DNA of 62,181 nucleotides, filler included, from Vannella sp. (taxonomy: Eukaryota), in the NCBI GenBank assembly GCA_023345925.1. It is 7 parts of 7 records of this genome, joined end to end, with 100 filler letters (N's around TTAATTAATTAA, not from the genome) between each part and the next. Parts side by side here need not be neighbours in the genome. Positions count along the whole stretch, not along the records: positions 17,341 to 36,288 come from JAJQQN010001443.1; positions 36,389 to 43,181 come from JAJQQN010000180.1; 5 more parts are not named here. The stretch is one strand, 5' to 3'. Positions 25,001 to 36,692 of this stretch are shown in pieces. A program made the position numbers and the translations under genes. Numbering within the stretch: the stretch's first letter is position 1; each line of letters begins with the position of its first letter. The notes beneath the pieces are model-generated. The model saw nothing but the letters and a program-made list of their open reading frames with translations. It was not told the origin of the DNA and made no database searches.

Positions 25001-28000
25001 GTAGCTCGCCTCCTTTTGTAGAGTTCGACCTTCAGCGTTGTGGATATGCAGCCTTACATCTTCCATCCTTCGGAGAGCGGTCATGGCCTCCCCCCAATGG
25101 ATACTCCTTCCTGGGGTGGATTTATATTGACACAGAGGAGTTGGAAGAGACACATCGGATTGACTTATTCTCCTTTGTTTCGGATGACGGTCGCTCAGTA
25201 ACTCAGGGATCGGTCTATAAGGGCGGGTTTGTTCTCTCTACTTCCGCTAAGGAGCCAACAGAGTTCTCCTTCCCATTCCTTGGACACCGTTGGTACCACA
25301 TTGGCCTGGTCCACACCAAAGCCCGCTTCCAGTCTTCCGAAGCCAAGCTTTATATTAATGGCGAGCTGCGTGGGAGCATGAAAGTTCCCTACGTGGTGGC
25401 TACTTCTAGTAACGTTGGGGCTTATATTGGAACTTCTCCCAGCCAGCAACACTTCTCCGACCTCGTTTGGCGTGTGGGTCCTTGCTACCTTCTTGAAGAG
25501 ACGCTGGGTTGGGAGCAAATGCTACTGGTCTTCTGTTTGGGTTCAAGGTATTGTGGAAGCTTCCAAGGGAAGCTCTCTTCCCATTCTCTGTTCATTCGCA
25601 ATTCACGTATTCTCTCTATTGTCAGACAGAACGATCCAACGTCTCCTTTGGGTGTTCTAGACCTGTCCAAAGCAGCTCTACCGCAACTGGACGAGCGAGT
25701 TATCTTCTCCCTTAATGCTGCAAACGTTACCGTGGTCGACAAGCAGGCACGAAGCGACCTCTTCCTTGGTTCGGTACTCCAAACTGAAAACTCAACTTCA
25801 GTAGCGATTCTCAATGCCGTTGAGGGTACTGTGCATCCTGCGCTTCTATTAGGAGGGTCTCTTGCTGTAGCATCAAGTGGAATCTTTACGGGGATTTATA
25901 GAATCGGAGGGATTGCCGTTGTCTTGCTGCTTATTGAAAAGGCTGACACTAGTCAGTCCCTTTTCCACGCAGTTAGTTTGCTCACACTATTGTTACAGCA
26001 AAGCTTCCGCCTTGCCGCACAAATGGACAGGTCCAAGGGCTATGCCGTACTTGCCACTCTGCTGCATGGCAAGCAGCCTCTTCTGGATCGAGCTATTCTC
26101 GACAAACTCTTTGAATTAGTTGGTGTTGGTGCCACAGACAGCAACGGGGATGAAACCGAGCCAGCTCTCATCAATAGTAATGCCTTTAAGCACCTAATTC
26201 TCTTCTACCAGCTGTGGAAATGGACCCCAACCGAGGTCCAGAAGCTTTATTTCCGTCGTCTCAATCAGCTTCTTGTGAATAACAGTCAATGGGCCTACAA
26301 TGTTCATCGCTTACGTCGTCTACACACTTTGCCGAGACTTCTTGACATTCTTAGCGATGAATTGCTCGATGTCTCCCTCCTAGATTGGCTCTCAAACGTT
26401 CTTACCAACTTCCTCGCCCACCAGATGCTGGAAGAAGATCTTCTTAGCCTCACTTCCTTCCTAATTGCCACTCTCGAAGAGAACGCAACCAACAACAGCG
26501 TCAAGAAGCAGCGCCGCTCCCGAGCGGCCAGCATGAGGCGCGGAACATCCAGAATCAATCCCGATTCGGAGGGCTCCACCGCTGTTTCCCGGCAAGTGGT
26601 AGTCAGAAACATGGTTTTGGAATTGATTGCCAATCTCATGGTCAAAGAAGACACTTATTCGACCTTCTTGAAGGTCATCACGCCTTATTGGATCTTCCTT
26701 TTCATTGAAAGAGATCTCCCCTCGTCCACTGTGATATTGGGACTCAAAATCCTCGTCCTCCTTCTTCAACAACCCAAAAGCACATTCTCAACACGGTTTA
26801 CAGCGGCTGGTGGGTTCACTATTCTCGAGGAGATTCTCCCGCGTTTCGCCCAATGCACTTCGATGTATTACTTGCTCTTGTGCCTGTTAGTAGGCAAGTC
26901 ACCTGCCGACCTTCCTTCTGATTTGTCGTCCCTTCGAATGACTTATTCAGATCTGTTTGCGACCTTCAAGTGCCCAGACTTTCACATTGCCTGTCCCGCT
27001 GCGGTTCCTGTTATTATGGCGGCGCTTTGTCGCTCTTGTGCGGGGGTGGGACAGTCTACTCCTTGGGTGTACGTTAATTCGGAGCTATCAGAGGCTCTCT
27101 ATGGGGCAGCATTTAAGCCATCCACGTCTGTAGCTCGTAGTATCTCCACAGCGTTATCTCCCATTCCTTCTATCGCTGCTATGATAGCGGATGTGGGTCG
27201 CTCCTTCTCCCAAGACAGTGTCGTTGCAGAGGATGAGAGCTCCACTGGGATGAAACTGAAGCGGTGGTTGGTGTCCGATGCTGACGTGGAGATCCAAAGG
27301 GCCATGGTCCTCTTCATTAAGTATCTCTTTGACAACTGTGCTGACTTCCAAGAGGCTGTGGGAAGTGACAAGAGACCAGAGCTTGTAGCCTCTATCGCCA
27401 GCGGCCTCTTTCCCTTTGGCACTTTGAATTACCCGTGTGACACCTCTACGGACCCTCTCCGTCGCAAGGAGGAGGAAAAGTGTCACATTTCAGCCCAATT
27501 GCTGTTCGATTTGCTCGCTCACTTTGTTGTGACCGTTAACGCACAGCTGGGAAAGACAGTTCCATTGCTAGAAATGCTGTTTGACTGTCCTCCTCCTGGG
27601 TTAAGTGACTCCCAAGTGCTACTGTTCCATACTCGGTTAATCTTTGACTATATGGAGTACGCAAGGACGTCTATATCCCAGCAGATCTTCCTAGAGAACA
27701 AGACTATTGCAGGTAACTTGGCTCGGGTGGCCACTTTCTTCACAGATCGTATCTGCGCTGGGCTGCTTCCCTCAGTAGCCAAGAGATTCTTTGATTTCTT
27801 GATTGCCATGCTTGAGAGGTTTGAAAATCGGCCAGGAAGCCCTCCAGATGTTGTTTTTAAGTCCGAAACAGCGCCATCGAATGTGCCTTCGTGCCCTCCA
27901 AAGGGCAAGATGAAGGCTGAACTGCAATCGCTCTACAAATCCATGAATCGGGTCACAATCTACTTGTTGTATGCGCCTTATGGTCACACTAAGAGTGAGT

Positions 28001-31000
28001 TCCACGCTACGATGCTTCATGTCATCGAAGGGATTCTGTTCCACCGTGGAATTGTGCTGAACCAGTGGAGTGGGGAGACTGAGTTTGTCTATGTCCTCTG
28101 CCAGTTGCTTTATCACTTCCTTCTGGACGATAATAGGAGGCTAAGGGAGGCTTCTATGAACGTTTGGAAGCTCCTGTTGCTGACCAAAACCTCCATTATG
28201 AACGAGATTCTCATTCAAGGTCGAGGAGCCGATCAAATTGATCTTCGGGTGAACGGATTCGACCTTTTACTGCAAAAGGGAGACCAAGCCTTTGCTGATT
28301 TTACCTTCTGGATGGGAGATAACCTTCAATTGATCAATACTGTCCTTGCTGGGCAATCAGGGCAGATTTGGGTGCATTACAAAGCGAACGAAACCAAGTT
28401 AAAGGAGGAACAGCAGCGCCAAACCAAATTGCGAGTCACAAACTCCATCAGCCGACGGGACAAGAAAGAGAAAAGCATTGCCAGTGACATTAACGAAATG
28501 CAAATGTACCGGACAGACACATTGAGCGTCACACTAGAACGCAACGCACGCCGGGACCGTCGCACACGACAAGAAGACATGGATCGGCTTCGCTTCACTC
28601 GCCTGCATTGGGCAAAGCTCCGGGCCCAATTGTTAAGGCAACGGGGAGTTTGGGGGGAACTTCACAATAACCCTTTGGGCAAGAGCAAGCTGGACCGAAC
28701 AGAAGGTCCTTTCCGCATGAGAAAGAAGGAAAAGCCGAACAATCACTTCTATGAGGACTATCCTTGGGTTCAAGGTCTTCCTGAAGGCCAACATTCTTCC
28801 AAGATTCCTACTTCTCGCGACTGTGCAGCTCACTATCAACTCAACAATGGGGGCTATACTGTGACCTATCCGTCGCTCTCCCTTCGCCGCGCTTCTGTTG
28901 CCTTTGAAACTCCAAGGGAAGGCGAGACTCGGAGTATAATGCAAACTACACCCAAGTCACTTCATGCCCGAGGTGCCAGTTTCACTGCAAAAGAGCTGGA
29001 CTTTGACTTGGCTCCGAATGTACCTTTGGGGAGTGACGAAGAGTCTTCTGTTGGCTTACCCAGCTTCATCGATGATGACCCGCGTGATGCCAGTGATGGT
29101 GATGACACTCTTTTGGATGACGACCCTCTTCTGGATGACACAGACTTTGCCAGTGACAGTGAATTGAGCGATGAAGAGCAAGACGAAAGTGAAGACAAGA
29201 TTCGCCAGCTCCTCGAGACGAACGAGAAGATTCAGCATCTTTACAACTGTGAGAGGGTAGAAGGGATGATTAAGAAGCCGGCCTTGCTCCTAATCTGCGC
29301 GAATAACGTTTATATGATTGACAACTTCAGTGTGGAAGAAGGGGAAGTGGTGGAACTCGGTTCTCCTTTGAAATCCTCGGGAGGGAATGCGGCTGAGGCC
29401 TCCTCTCCTCATCAATGTCGCAGATGGAGCTACGAAGACATCCTGGATGTCTTTAAACGACGCTATTTACTTCGTCCTGTGGCGTTGGAGTTATTCCTGA
29501 CTGACGGCCGCAACTATTTAGTGGTGTTTGAACCCTCTGACATGCTTGAAGTGTACCGCAATATCAGTACCAAGGTGACGACACACAAAAGAGCTCTTGA
29601 AGACATCTCTGGCACCCAAACCACGTCTCTCCTTGCAACAGCAGTGGACGACGGAACGCGTTTTGGTGTGATGCGTTTCTGGCGGAAGGATACGTTAACG
29701 CAGAAATGGGTGCAAGGGCAGATCTCAAACTTCCAATACCTCATGCACATCAACATGTTGGCTGGTCGCTCGTATAATGACTTGACACAATACCCGGTGT
29801 TCCCTTGGGTCTTGGCTGACTATGAGAGCGACATATTAGACCTGGATGACCCAGTAGTGTACCGGGACCTATCAAAGCCGATGGGTGGGCTTTCTCCCAT
29901 GCGGGCTGGGGAGTTCCAACAACGCTACGAGACTTGGATTCCTCGAGAGAACGAAGGTGTCCCTAAGTGGCACTACGGCTCGCATTACAGCTCGGCTGGC
30001 ATCGTCCTTTACTACCTCATTCGGCAGGAACCTTTCACGCAACAATTCATTCGCCATCTTCAAAGCGGCCGCTTTGACGTCGCTGATAGACTCTTCCACT
30101 CCATCCAAGAGACTTGGATGTCCTCTTCGGGATCTACTATGAATATGTCCGACGTGAAAGAGCTCATTCCAGAGTTCTATTACCTTCCAGAGTTCCTTAT
30201 GAACAAGAACAAGTTTGATTTGGGCAAAAAGCAGACGGGGGAGGTCCTTGATGGCGTTTTGTTGCCTCCTTGGGCAAAAGGGAGTCCCACTGAATTCGTT
30301 CGCCTTCATAGGATGGCTCTTGAGTCTGAATACGTCAGTGCCCACCTTCATGAGTGGATTGATTTAATATTCGGCTGCAAACAACAAGGGCGGGCTGCCG
30401 AAGAATCCCTGAATGTCTTCTATTTCCTCACTTACGAGGGCTCAGTCGACATTGACTCCATTCAAGACCCAATTGAGAAGGATTCTGTGATTGCTCAGAT
30501 CAATAACTTTGGTCAAACACCCAAACAGATCTTTAAGAAGCCGCATCCTCGTCGGCAAGTCACTTCCACGCCCACAGCTTGTCTCAGAGACATCCTCAAA
30601 TCCTCAACCATTCTTCATACAATGCTGAAGGACACTGGGAAGCCGATAAGCTTCCTTCAAACTGTGGGAGAGCGTCTTATTATTGTGAACGGCAAGCATC
30701 TCTTCCTTCCCACAAGAACTTCCACCCGTTTTGTGTCCTGGGGCTTCCTTGATTTTAGTATTCACATTGTTGATAACGACAGAGCCACCCAAGTCATTGA
30801 GAACTCTCATGATGGGCGTGTTTCCTGCGTGTGTGCCACATTGGATGGATGTTTCCTAATATCTGGAGGAGAAGACAGTCTCATTGTCGTCTCCAAGCTG
30901 CAGAAAGGCCCAAAAAACGTTTACTCTTTTGTATTCCAGAAGTCTCTGACTGGCAACTTGGCTCCCATCACGCACCTGGCCGTCTCCCGGTCTTATAGTA

Positions 31001-31541
31001 TCATTGTTAGCGCTGCTGGGGACAACACTGTTCTATTGTGGGATTTGAATCGTCTGACACTGGTGAAGGCTTTGCCAGTACCTCCAGGAACAGCTCAGGT
31101 CTCTCACGTGGCAATCAATAATATTACTGGTCAGATTATGGTCGCTGCGGGGTCTTCCCTTCTCCTTTGGACCGTTAATGGCATCCTCTTGGCCGAGCGA
31201 GATACTCGAGTGACTATCACAGCCATCGCTATGACGGAATTGAACGATTGGTTGGCTACAGACTTTCTTACAGGGCACCCTGATGGGACTATCAGGGTGT
31301 GGAATGTTCAATGGCAAGAGCAGCAACAAGAACTCGCCCAAAAGACCATTGTTAAGGCACACAGCTGTGCTGTCACTTGCCTTCATATCTCAAGGTCAGT
31401 GTAATAACCAATTCTAATCGTATTTGACTTCACTCACCATCTTCTAGTGACGGGCGAAGTCTTTATAGCGGAGATGAGCAAGGAAAAGTGTTCCACTGGA
31501 GTGACACGAACCATGTGACGACGGACATTCTTGTCAAGTAA
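22016..31541 (+). CDS. BEACH-domain protein, LvsA/WDFY3-like (ARM-like, ConA-like, PH, BEACH, WD40)
   Basis: ISNFQYLMHINMLAGRSYNDLTQYPVFPW, YGSHYSS, DVKELIPEFY, FGQTPKQ and WD40 repeats. Several small 5' introns; last intron 31395..31447; TAA at 31539..31541. No C-terminal FYVE. Confidence 0.93.
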
Positions 31542-31628
31542 AGTTCTCATCCCTCAAGGTCGGGTCACAACATAAACGACCAAAAGTTCTTCTCTTAACT
31601 ACATGAACAAGCGAGTTTATCGCTTTCC

Positions 31629-33794
31629 TCATTCTTGCTCCATGTTGGGCGATTCTGTATTTGCCTCTGGCTGCTCGGATGGAGATGGAGATGAGGATGT
31701 TGGTTTCCGGCGAGTGCGGCGAATCTTCTCAGTGTCTCCAAGCTTTGAAGAGGACTTTTTCTTCTCTCCCTCTCCGGACACTTTGTCACTCCGTAGAATT
31801 GAAGAAGAAGAAGACGAAGAAGAAGGCTTCTTCTTTTTCCTTCTCATTTCTCCTGAATCTCCCTCTTCCACCGTGTCAGACCGTTTCTTCCTGCGAGAGC
31901 GGTCGGGACTGGGAGACATGAAGGGGCTTATGGGCTGTGTTCCCATCATACTTGGTTCCGGAGCGCGGGGGAGTAATCTCGATCCCAACGGGCTGCTTCC
32001 AAAAGTCGGTCCATTCAGAGTATCAGAGACCGGAATCTGGCGCATCTCATTTGGCTTTGGGGGAGGAACTGGAACTGGCTTTGGTGGAGGAACTGGCCTC
32101 GCCCGTGGTTGGCGAGGTGCTCCAATAGGAATCACTGGGAGCGCTAATGTTGGCTCCGATGACTTGGACACCAATATCCTCCCGTCAGCAGCATGAGGAC
32201 CGCGATTCTCTGGGATATCTGGAAGTTCACGAGTTGGCCTCCCTTTCCGAACAGAAGGTTGGGCCATAACATTCCGCACAGTTGCCTGTGGCAGTGATTG
32301 AGATGGAACAGCCGAAGTCATATAGCGACCGTGGCGCCGAGACTGACTACTGGCCATGGATATTTGATGGCTCACTCGCGGCGGCAAGTAATTCATCTTC
32401 CTCATCCAACTGCGAATCTGCTTCTCAAAGAAGATGTTCCGGTTGGACTCACTCTCGCTGAAGAGCTGCAAATGAATAAAGCATTCAAACATCTGAGAAC
32501 ACGTGGTTTCACTTAGAAGCGGCTGGAAATCAGCCAGTGACTGCTGAATATACTCTTTTGTGCTATATTTGCCCCCGCCCGAGGTTCCACCATAGTGCAA
32601 CCGATACGCAGGCCCTAATAACTCCACAAAAAAGCTGAGAAAAGCTGCTTGTAAGTCATTCACAGCATGTGCCACTTCGCCCTCAGCTACTTGCAGCAAA
32701 GAAATCTTTGTCTTTCTCGTGGACCGCTTTACAAGCCGCCTGGCGAGCTTCAGAACCTTCATCAAGTCAGTATAACACCGAGGAGGTATCTTATTGACGT
32801 CTGCGTCAATGTCTGCACCTGGAGCAGCGAGAATCTCATCATCGTCTATCATTATAACGAGGACTTCGTCCATTGGGAGCTGAAGGACCACCTGCAAGTG
32901 AGCCTGGAGGATTCCCACAACAAAGGGCATTGGCGCGCAGCAGTAGCTCAGGAGGGACTGGGGGAGGATGGGAATGAAGATATGCTGCCAAGAAAGGGGA
33001 TAGATTAAGGCCATCATCGTTGAGACAACTGCAGACAACGTTGAGATCTTTTGGGAGCAGAAAATCACTCTTCGCTCCACCAAGAGCGCTGCAAACACAC
33101 GCATGATGTTCGCAGAAGATAGAGACACTAAGAGGGTATCAATTGGTAGCTGATCAAGCGCTACGTCCGTCTCTGGACGCGTTAACTTCCACCTCGTAGC
33201 CTGAGACCGAGACGCCGTCTCGTCATAGACCTCCACTGAGAAGGTTTCACCCGGTGCAGGAAAGTCACTCTTCACTACACTCTCTAAGAAGGCTGTTAGA
33301 GCCTTCCCTGAGTGGTTCTCGTAGTGATACGCGATGCGGTCGAGGATTTTGTTGTACAATGGCTCACAAGGCATGTAGGAGAGCACTACAAAGCTGATAG
33401 GCATGCGCATACCAGTCCCCTGAGACAGCTTTCGTAAGCAGTAGCCAAAGCGACGGTCCCCGTCGTCCTCTGTCAAGACAAAGGCAAAGTGCTCGCTCTC
33501 CATCTCCGCAGTGGGGAAGGGAGTCGTATCAGGGAAGCAGAAGCTCGCTACATTCTTACTAAAGGGATCTTCTTCCCATAGGTTGGGCAGACGGTAAGCC
33601 ACCAATGGCTCGTTATGGCCATCGCCCATCTCGTTCAACTCGATGACAAGAATCATGTAAAAGAGGAGATCCTCCACTCCGTTCTTCTCCTTACTACTTC
33701 CCTCCTCTTCTGTATCTTCTTTCGACTGTTCTTGGCCACCCGAGAGAGCCACCGGCTCCTGCAAGAGCTCAGCCGCCGTCTTCTGCACCTCCAT
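31629..33794 (-). CDS. DENN-domain Rab GEF (DENND1/2-like) with Pro-rich and basic tail
   Basis: FCFPD, FAFVLTEDDGDRRFGYC, LLVERRVIF, YPLSWQHIFIPILP, APMPFVVG, CSQMFECFI. First ATG placed at 33794 because the upstream extension overlaps the CEPT gene. Confidence 0.9.
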   Translation of the reverse strand: MEVQKTAAELLQEPVALSGGQEQSKEDTEEEGSSKEKNGVEDLLFYMILVIELNEMGDGHNEPLVAYRLPNLWEEDPFSKNVASFCFPDTTPFPTAEMESEHFAFVLTEDDGDRRFGYCLRKLSQGTGMRMPISFVVLSYMPCEPLYNKILDRIAYHYENHSGKALTAFLESVVKSDFPAPGETFSVEVYDETASRSQATRWKLTRPETDVALDQLPIDTLLVSLSSANIMRVFAALLVERRVIFCSQKISTLSAVVSTMMALIYPLSWQHIFIPILPQSLLSYCCAPMPFVVGILQAHLQVVLQLPMDEVLVIMIDDDEILAAPGADIDADVNKIPPRCYTDLMKVLKLARRLVKRSTRKTKISLLQVAEGEVAHAVNDLQAAFLSFFVELLGPAYRLHYGGTSGGGKYSTKEYIQQSLADFQPLLSETTCSQMFECFIHLQLFSESESNRNIFFEKQIRSWMRKMNYLPPRVSHQISMASSQSRRHGRYMTSAVPSQSLPQATVRNVMAQPSVRKGRPTRELPDIPENRGPHAADGRILVSKSSEPTLALPVIPIGAPRQPRARPVPPPKPVPVPPPKPNEMRQIPVSDTLNGPTFGSSPLGSRLLPRAPEPSMMGTQPISPFMSPSPDRSRRKKRSDTVEEGDSGEMRRKKKKPSSSSSSSSILRSDKVSGEGEKKKSSSKLGDTEKIRRTRRKPTSSSPSPSEQPEANTESPNMEQE

Positions 33795-33912
33795 CCCCTC
33801 GAGGACTCCACCAAATGACCTCAAAACGCCCTCTTGGAGAGGAGGGAGGGCGGAAGTACATGAGAAGGACTGTGAGCATGTGTAAGGGGTCTGTTTGAAG
33901 GCTTCAGAGAGT

Positions 33913-35388
33913 CTATTTGGAGGCTTCTGAAGGCTTGATACGGAAGCATCGGATGTTGAGGTGCGTGCAGAGTTCGTCAATCACGCCCAGGACCATGTGA
34001 GTGTAGAAGAGCAACAACAGGACACATAGTACGTGGAACATCATCTCGTCGAAGGCTCTGGTCCCGTCTCCTGGTAAGAACGAGCGAACTGCGGAAGAGA
34101 ATCGCTTACGGATTGATCAGCGCGTTGAGGAGGCCAATGAAAGGAAGGAGAAACACGAACTTGAACACGCTGAAGCGTGTTTTGGTGATCCTATTGACTA
34201 ACATTCGATCCTGGTCGAAGAAAACGTTCCCTCAATCAGTCATGGAGGGGATGTGCCTCTGTGAAGACGTACGAGTGTGTAGGAGCTGAGGAGACCTGTG
34301 AAAACGATCGATTGGATCACATGGTTCTCTAAGATGCCCGAAGGGGAGATGTAGTACCAGTAAGTGCTCACTCCAATGTTCGTAGCGATTGGTAGGAGCA
34401 GCATGAGAGACTCTACGATGTTCTTCTTCGTTTTAGCAATGTCCTGGAGGACAATGCGAGAACTAGAGACCCAAGGTGAGGACCTGTTCCCCACAAAATA
34501 GGGAAAGAAGTGCCTCACTTGTCCAAACAGGCCACAAGGGACAGCAGTCCGAAGCAGATGAATACAAAAGCGTTCGTAGGAACTTCAATAGGGATGAAGA
34601 AGTCCCAGATGGGGAGGAAACTGAACCAACGGCGAGCATGACTCAACCAAGACACCTGCCACCATCCAGTTCCTTGGAAGAAGGTGATGAGGTGTCCCAG
34701 GCACATTCCAAGCTGTGCTTCCGTAGGATTACCATAGGGAGTAAGGATCAGTTTGCCCGTATGCCACTCCTCCCAGTGGGAGAAGTAGAAAGGGAACATA
34801 ATAGAGAGCATGAAGAGATGCGCAGGCCAAGGAGGGAACTTGAACATAGCACAAAGTGTAATCACACTCAGAGTAGTGAAGAGAGAGTCACAACCATGGT
34901 CAAAGATCTCTCCTAGAGGAGAAGAGGAGCCCGTTCGACGCGCCTGCTTCCCGTCAATGTTATCCAGCACCTGGTAGGTGAAGATGCCAACAGCCCACGA
35001 TAGATACACCCAAGGAGGGCAATCCTCCTGCAGAGTAGGACAGAAATAGCAAAGGCAGCTGAAGTTGATGAGAATCAAGGAGAAGCCGCTGGCTGTTATC
35101 TAGCACAGCAGGTGAGCTCATCAGCAACAGAGGAGCCAATGTGAGCACTAAAGGAACTTACCAAGTTGGGACTGGGAAAAGAGGGACCCAAGGGAAGAGT
35201 GAGCTTCAAAACACAAAAAGGGGGCGGAGTGGCACTCACGCAACCCAACGAGGACAGAAGGAGACCACCCAGTTCCAGAACGCTCCCAAGAACCACTTCA
35301 CCAAGTACGAGCGATCCTCTGAAGCATACTTATAGAACCGCAGGTTGTCCAGCGCCTCTTTCGACAGATAGCGCGGCCCCCAAACCAT
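33913..35388 (-). CDS. Choline/ethanolamine phosphotransferase (CDP-alcohol phosphatidyltransferase), multi-exon
   Basis: Exon 1 MVWGPRYLSKEALDNLRFYKYASED..FWNW; signature YQVLDNIDGKQARRTGSSSPLGEIFDHGCD; last exon ..LCTHLNIRCFRIKPSEASK-TAG. Confidence 0.92.
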
Positions 35389-35444
35389 GCCGTCCTGGCA
35401 ATGGCCAAAGCAGATGGTTTCCCATTTTATAGCGGTCCCGAAGG

Positions 35445-36220
35445 ATGAAAAAGGTGCTCCTCTTCAAGGAGGAAAGGCTTCCTCATGACGAGTACCGAAG
35501 GGTGAGGTGCTTCATGAGTGTGGGAGGATGCTGAGTCTTTGGTAGTGTTTTGAGGAGGATGGCTGGGTGGTGGAGTTTGTGCCTGTGCTGCAGGTGGAGT
35601 ATGTGAACGGAGACGCTCTGTATCAGCTGTTGGTGGATGGGGGTGCTTCTGGTTACTCTCACGTAATGATGAGTAGTTCTCATGCGGTCATTGCGCTCTC
35701 TGCACAGCTTGATCGCGTGGGTGATCAAACAGTGGTCGATCAGTGGGCCAAGAAGAGTTGGGCATTGGTTGGACGAAAGACAGCGTCGGCCTTGCGACGT
35801 GTTTTCCCTGAGATAGCTCCACTTGTGGGAGATAACGCTTCTCTCCTTGCTTCATTGATGGCAAGCCACTGGAAGAGAGGAACTGTGGATCGTGTACTGT
35901 TTTTGGCGGGGGACAAGGCCCTCCCAACGTTACCAGCTTTGTGCAAAGAGATAGAGATACCCTGCGACATGCTTACTGTTTATCACACACAGCAGGTGAC
36001 CCCGAGCCTTCGCAGTCTCTGCTCAGATGTCTTTGTCTTCTTCAGTCCCAGCGGTGTTCAGGCACTCCTTCCCGTCATCCAGCCGCTTGAGGATAAACAG
36101 CTCATTGCGTTCGGACCTTCCACAGCCGCAGAGATCGTCTCAGCTGGTCTGCAAGGAGAGCTTCACGTTGCACGGTCCCCCACTGCAGAAGCCATACAAG
36201 AAATCCTTCGCAAATTGTAA
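35445..36220 (+). CDS. UROS: Uroporphyrinogen-III synthase
   Basis: MKKVLLFK exon, intron ~35502..35545, then FVPVL, MSSSHAV, VGRKTA, VLFLAGD, VYHT, VFFSPSGV, AFGPSTA. Confidence 0.85.
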
Positions 36221-36288
36221 CCATTGTAATAAGGTATGGTAAAATACATTATCATACAAACGGGCATGACAGTTTCAGTTGCTTGGGC

Positions 36289-36388
36289 NNNNNNNNNNNN
36301 NNNNNNNNNNNNNNNNNNNNNNNNNNNNNNNNTTAATTAATTAANNNNNNNNNNNNNNNNNNNNNNNNNNNNNNNNNNNNNNNNNNNN
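36289..36388. other. Artificial contig spacer
   Basis: N44-TTAATTAATTAA-N44. Confidence 0.98.
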
Positions 36389-36673
36389 TACTCTTTGGGA
36401 GAGCAGCCCAAACTGAAAGATCTCTACCAAGCAGCTGTTGCTGCTTTGGAGATGGAACCTGGAGAAAGTCGAGCACATTTCAAACAGGACGACCACCGCA
36501 TCCGCTCTCGCATCTTTCAGGCTTTTTATATTTATGCGATGCTCACAGAAGCCTTTGGGTTCGCTCCTTCTTCCACGCAGGTTCTGTTTAATGATTCTTT
36601 TTACTTTGGTGGAGAAGCAGTGACTTGGCCTCTGGGCGCCATGACCCAAACTGTGGATGCGTTGGGACTATAA
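36389..36673 (+). CDS. 3' fragment of a GDA1/CD39 NTPDase (apyrase)-like protein
   Basis: FQAFYIYAMLTEAFGF ... VTWPLGA resembles the C-terminal apyrase conserved region 5. Confidence 0.55.
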   Translation, partial: YSLGEQPKLKDLYQAAVAALEMEPGESRAHFKQDDHRIRSRIFQAFYIYAMLTEAFGFAPSSTQVLFNDSFYFGGEAVTWPLGAMTQTVDALGL

Positions 36674-36692
36674 AGATTTATTTATTCAAGTC

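Noticed and set aside
31603..32196. 197-aa + strand ORF and similar long antisense ORFs over the vinculin gene
   Set aside because: Shadows of strongly supported opposite-strand genes, with no motifs of their own.
33795..33980. N-terminal extension of the DENN ORF from a TTG start
   Set aside because: Overlaps the last exon of the phosphotransferase gene in another frame; ATG at 33794 is more plausible.
33913..35388. Possible selenoprotein I (Sec-containing EPT1)
   Set aside because: The reconstructed C-terminus ends in TAG with no in-frame TGA, and I saw no SECIS.
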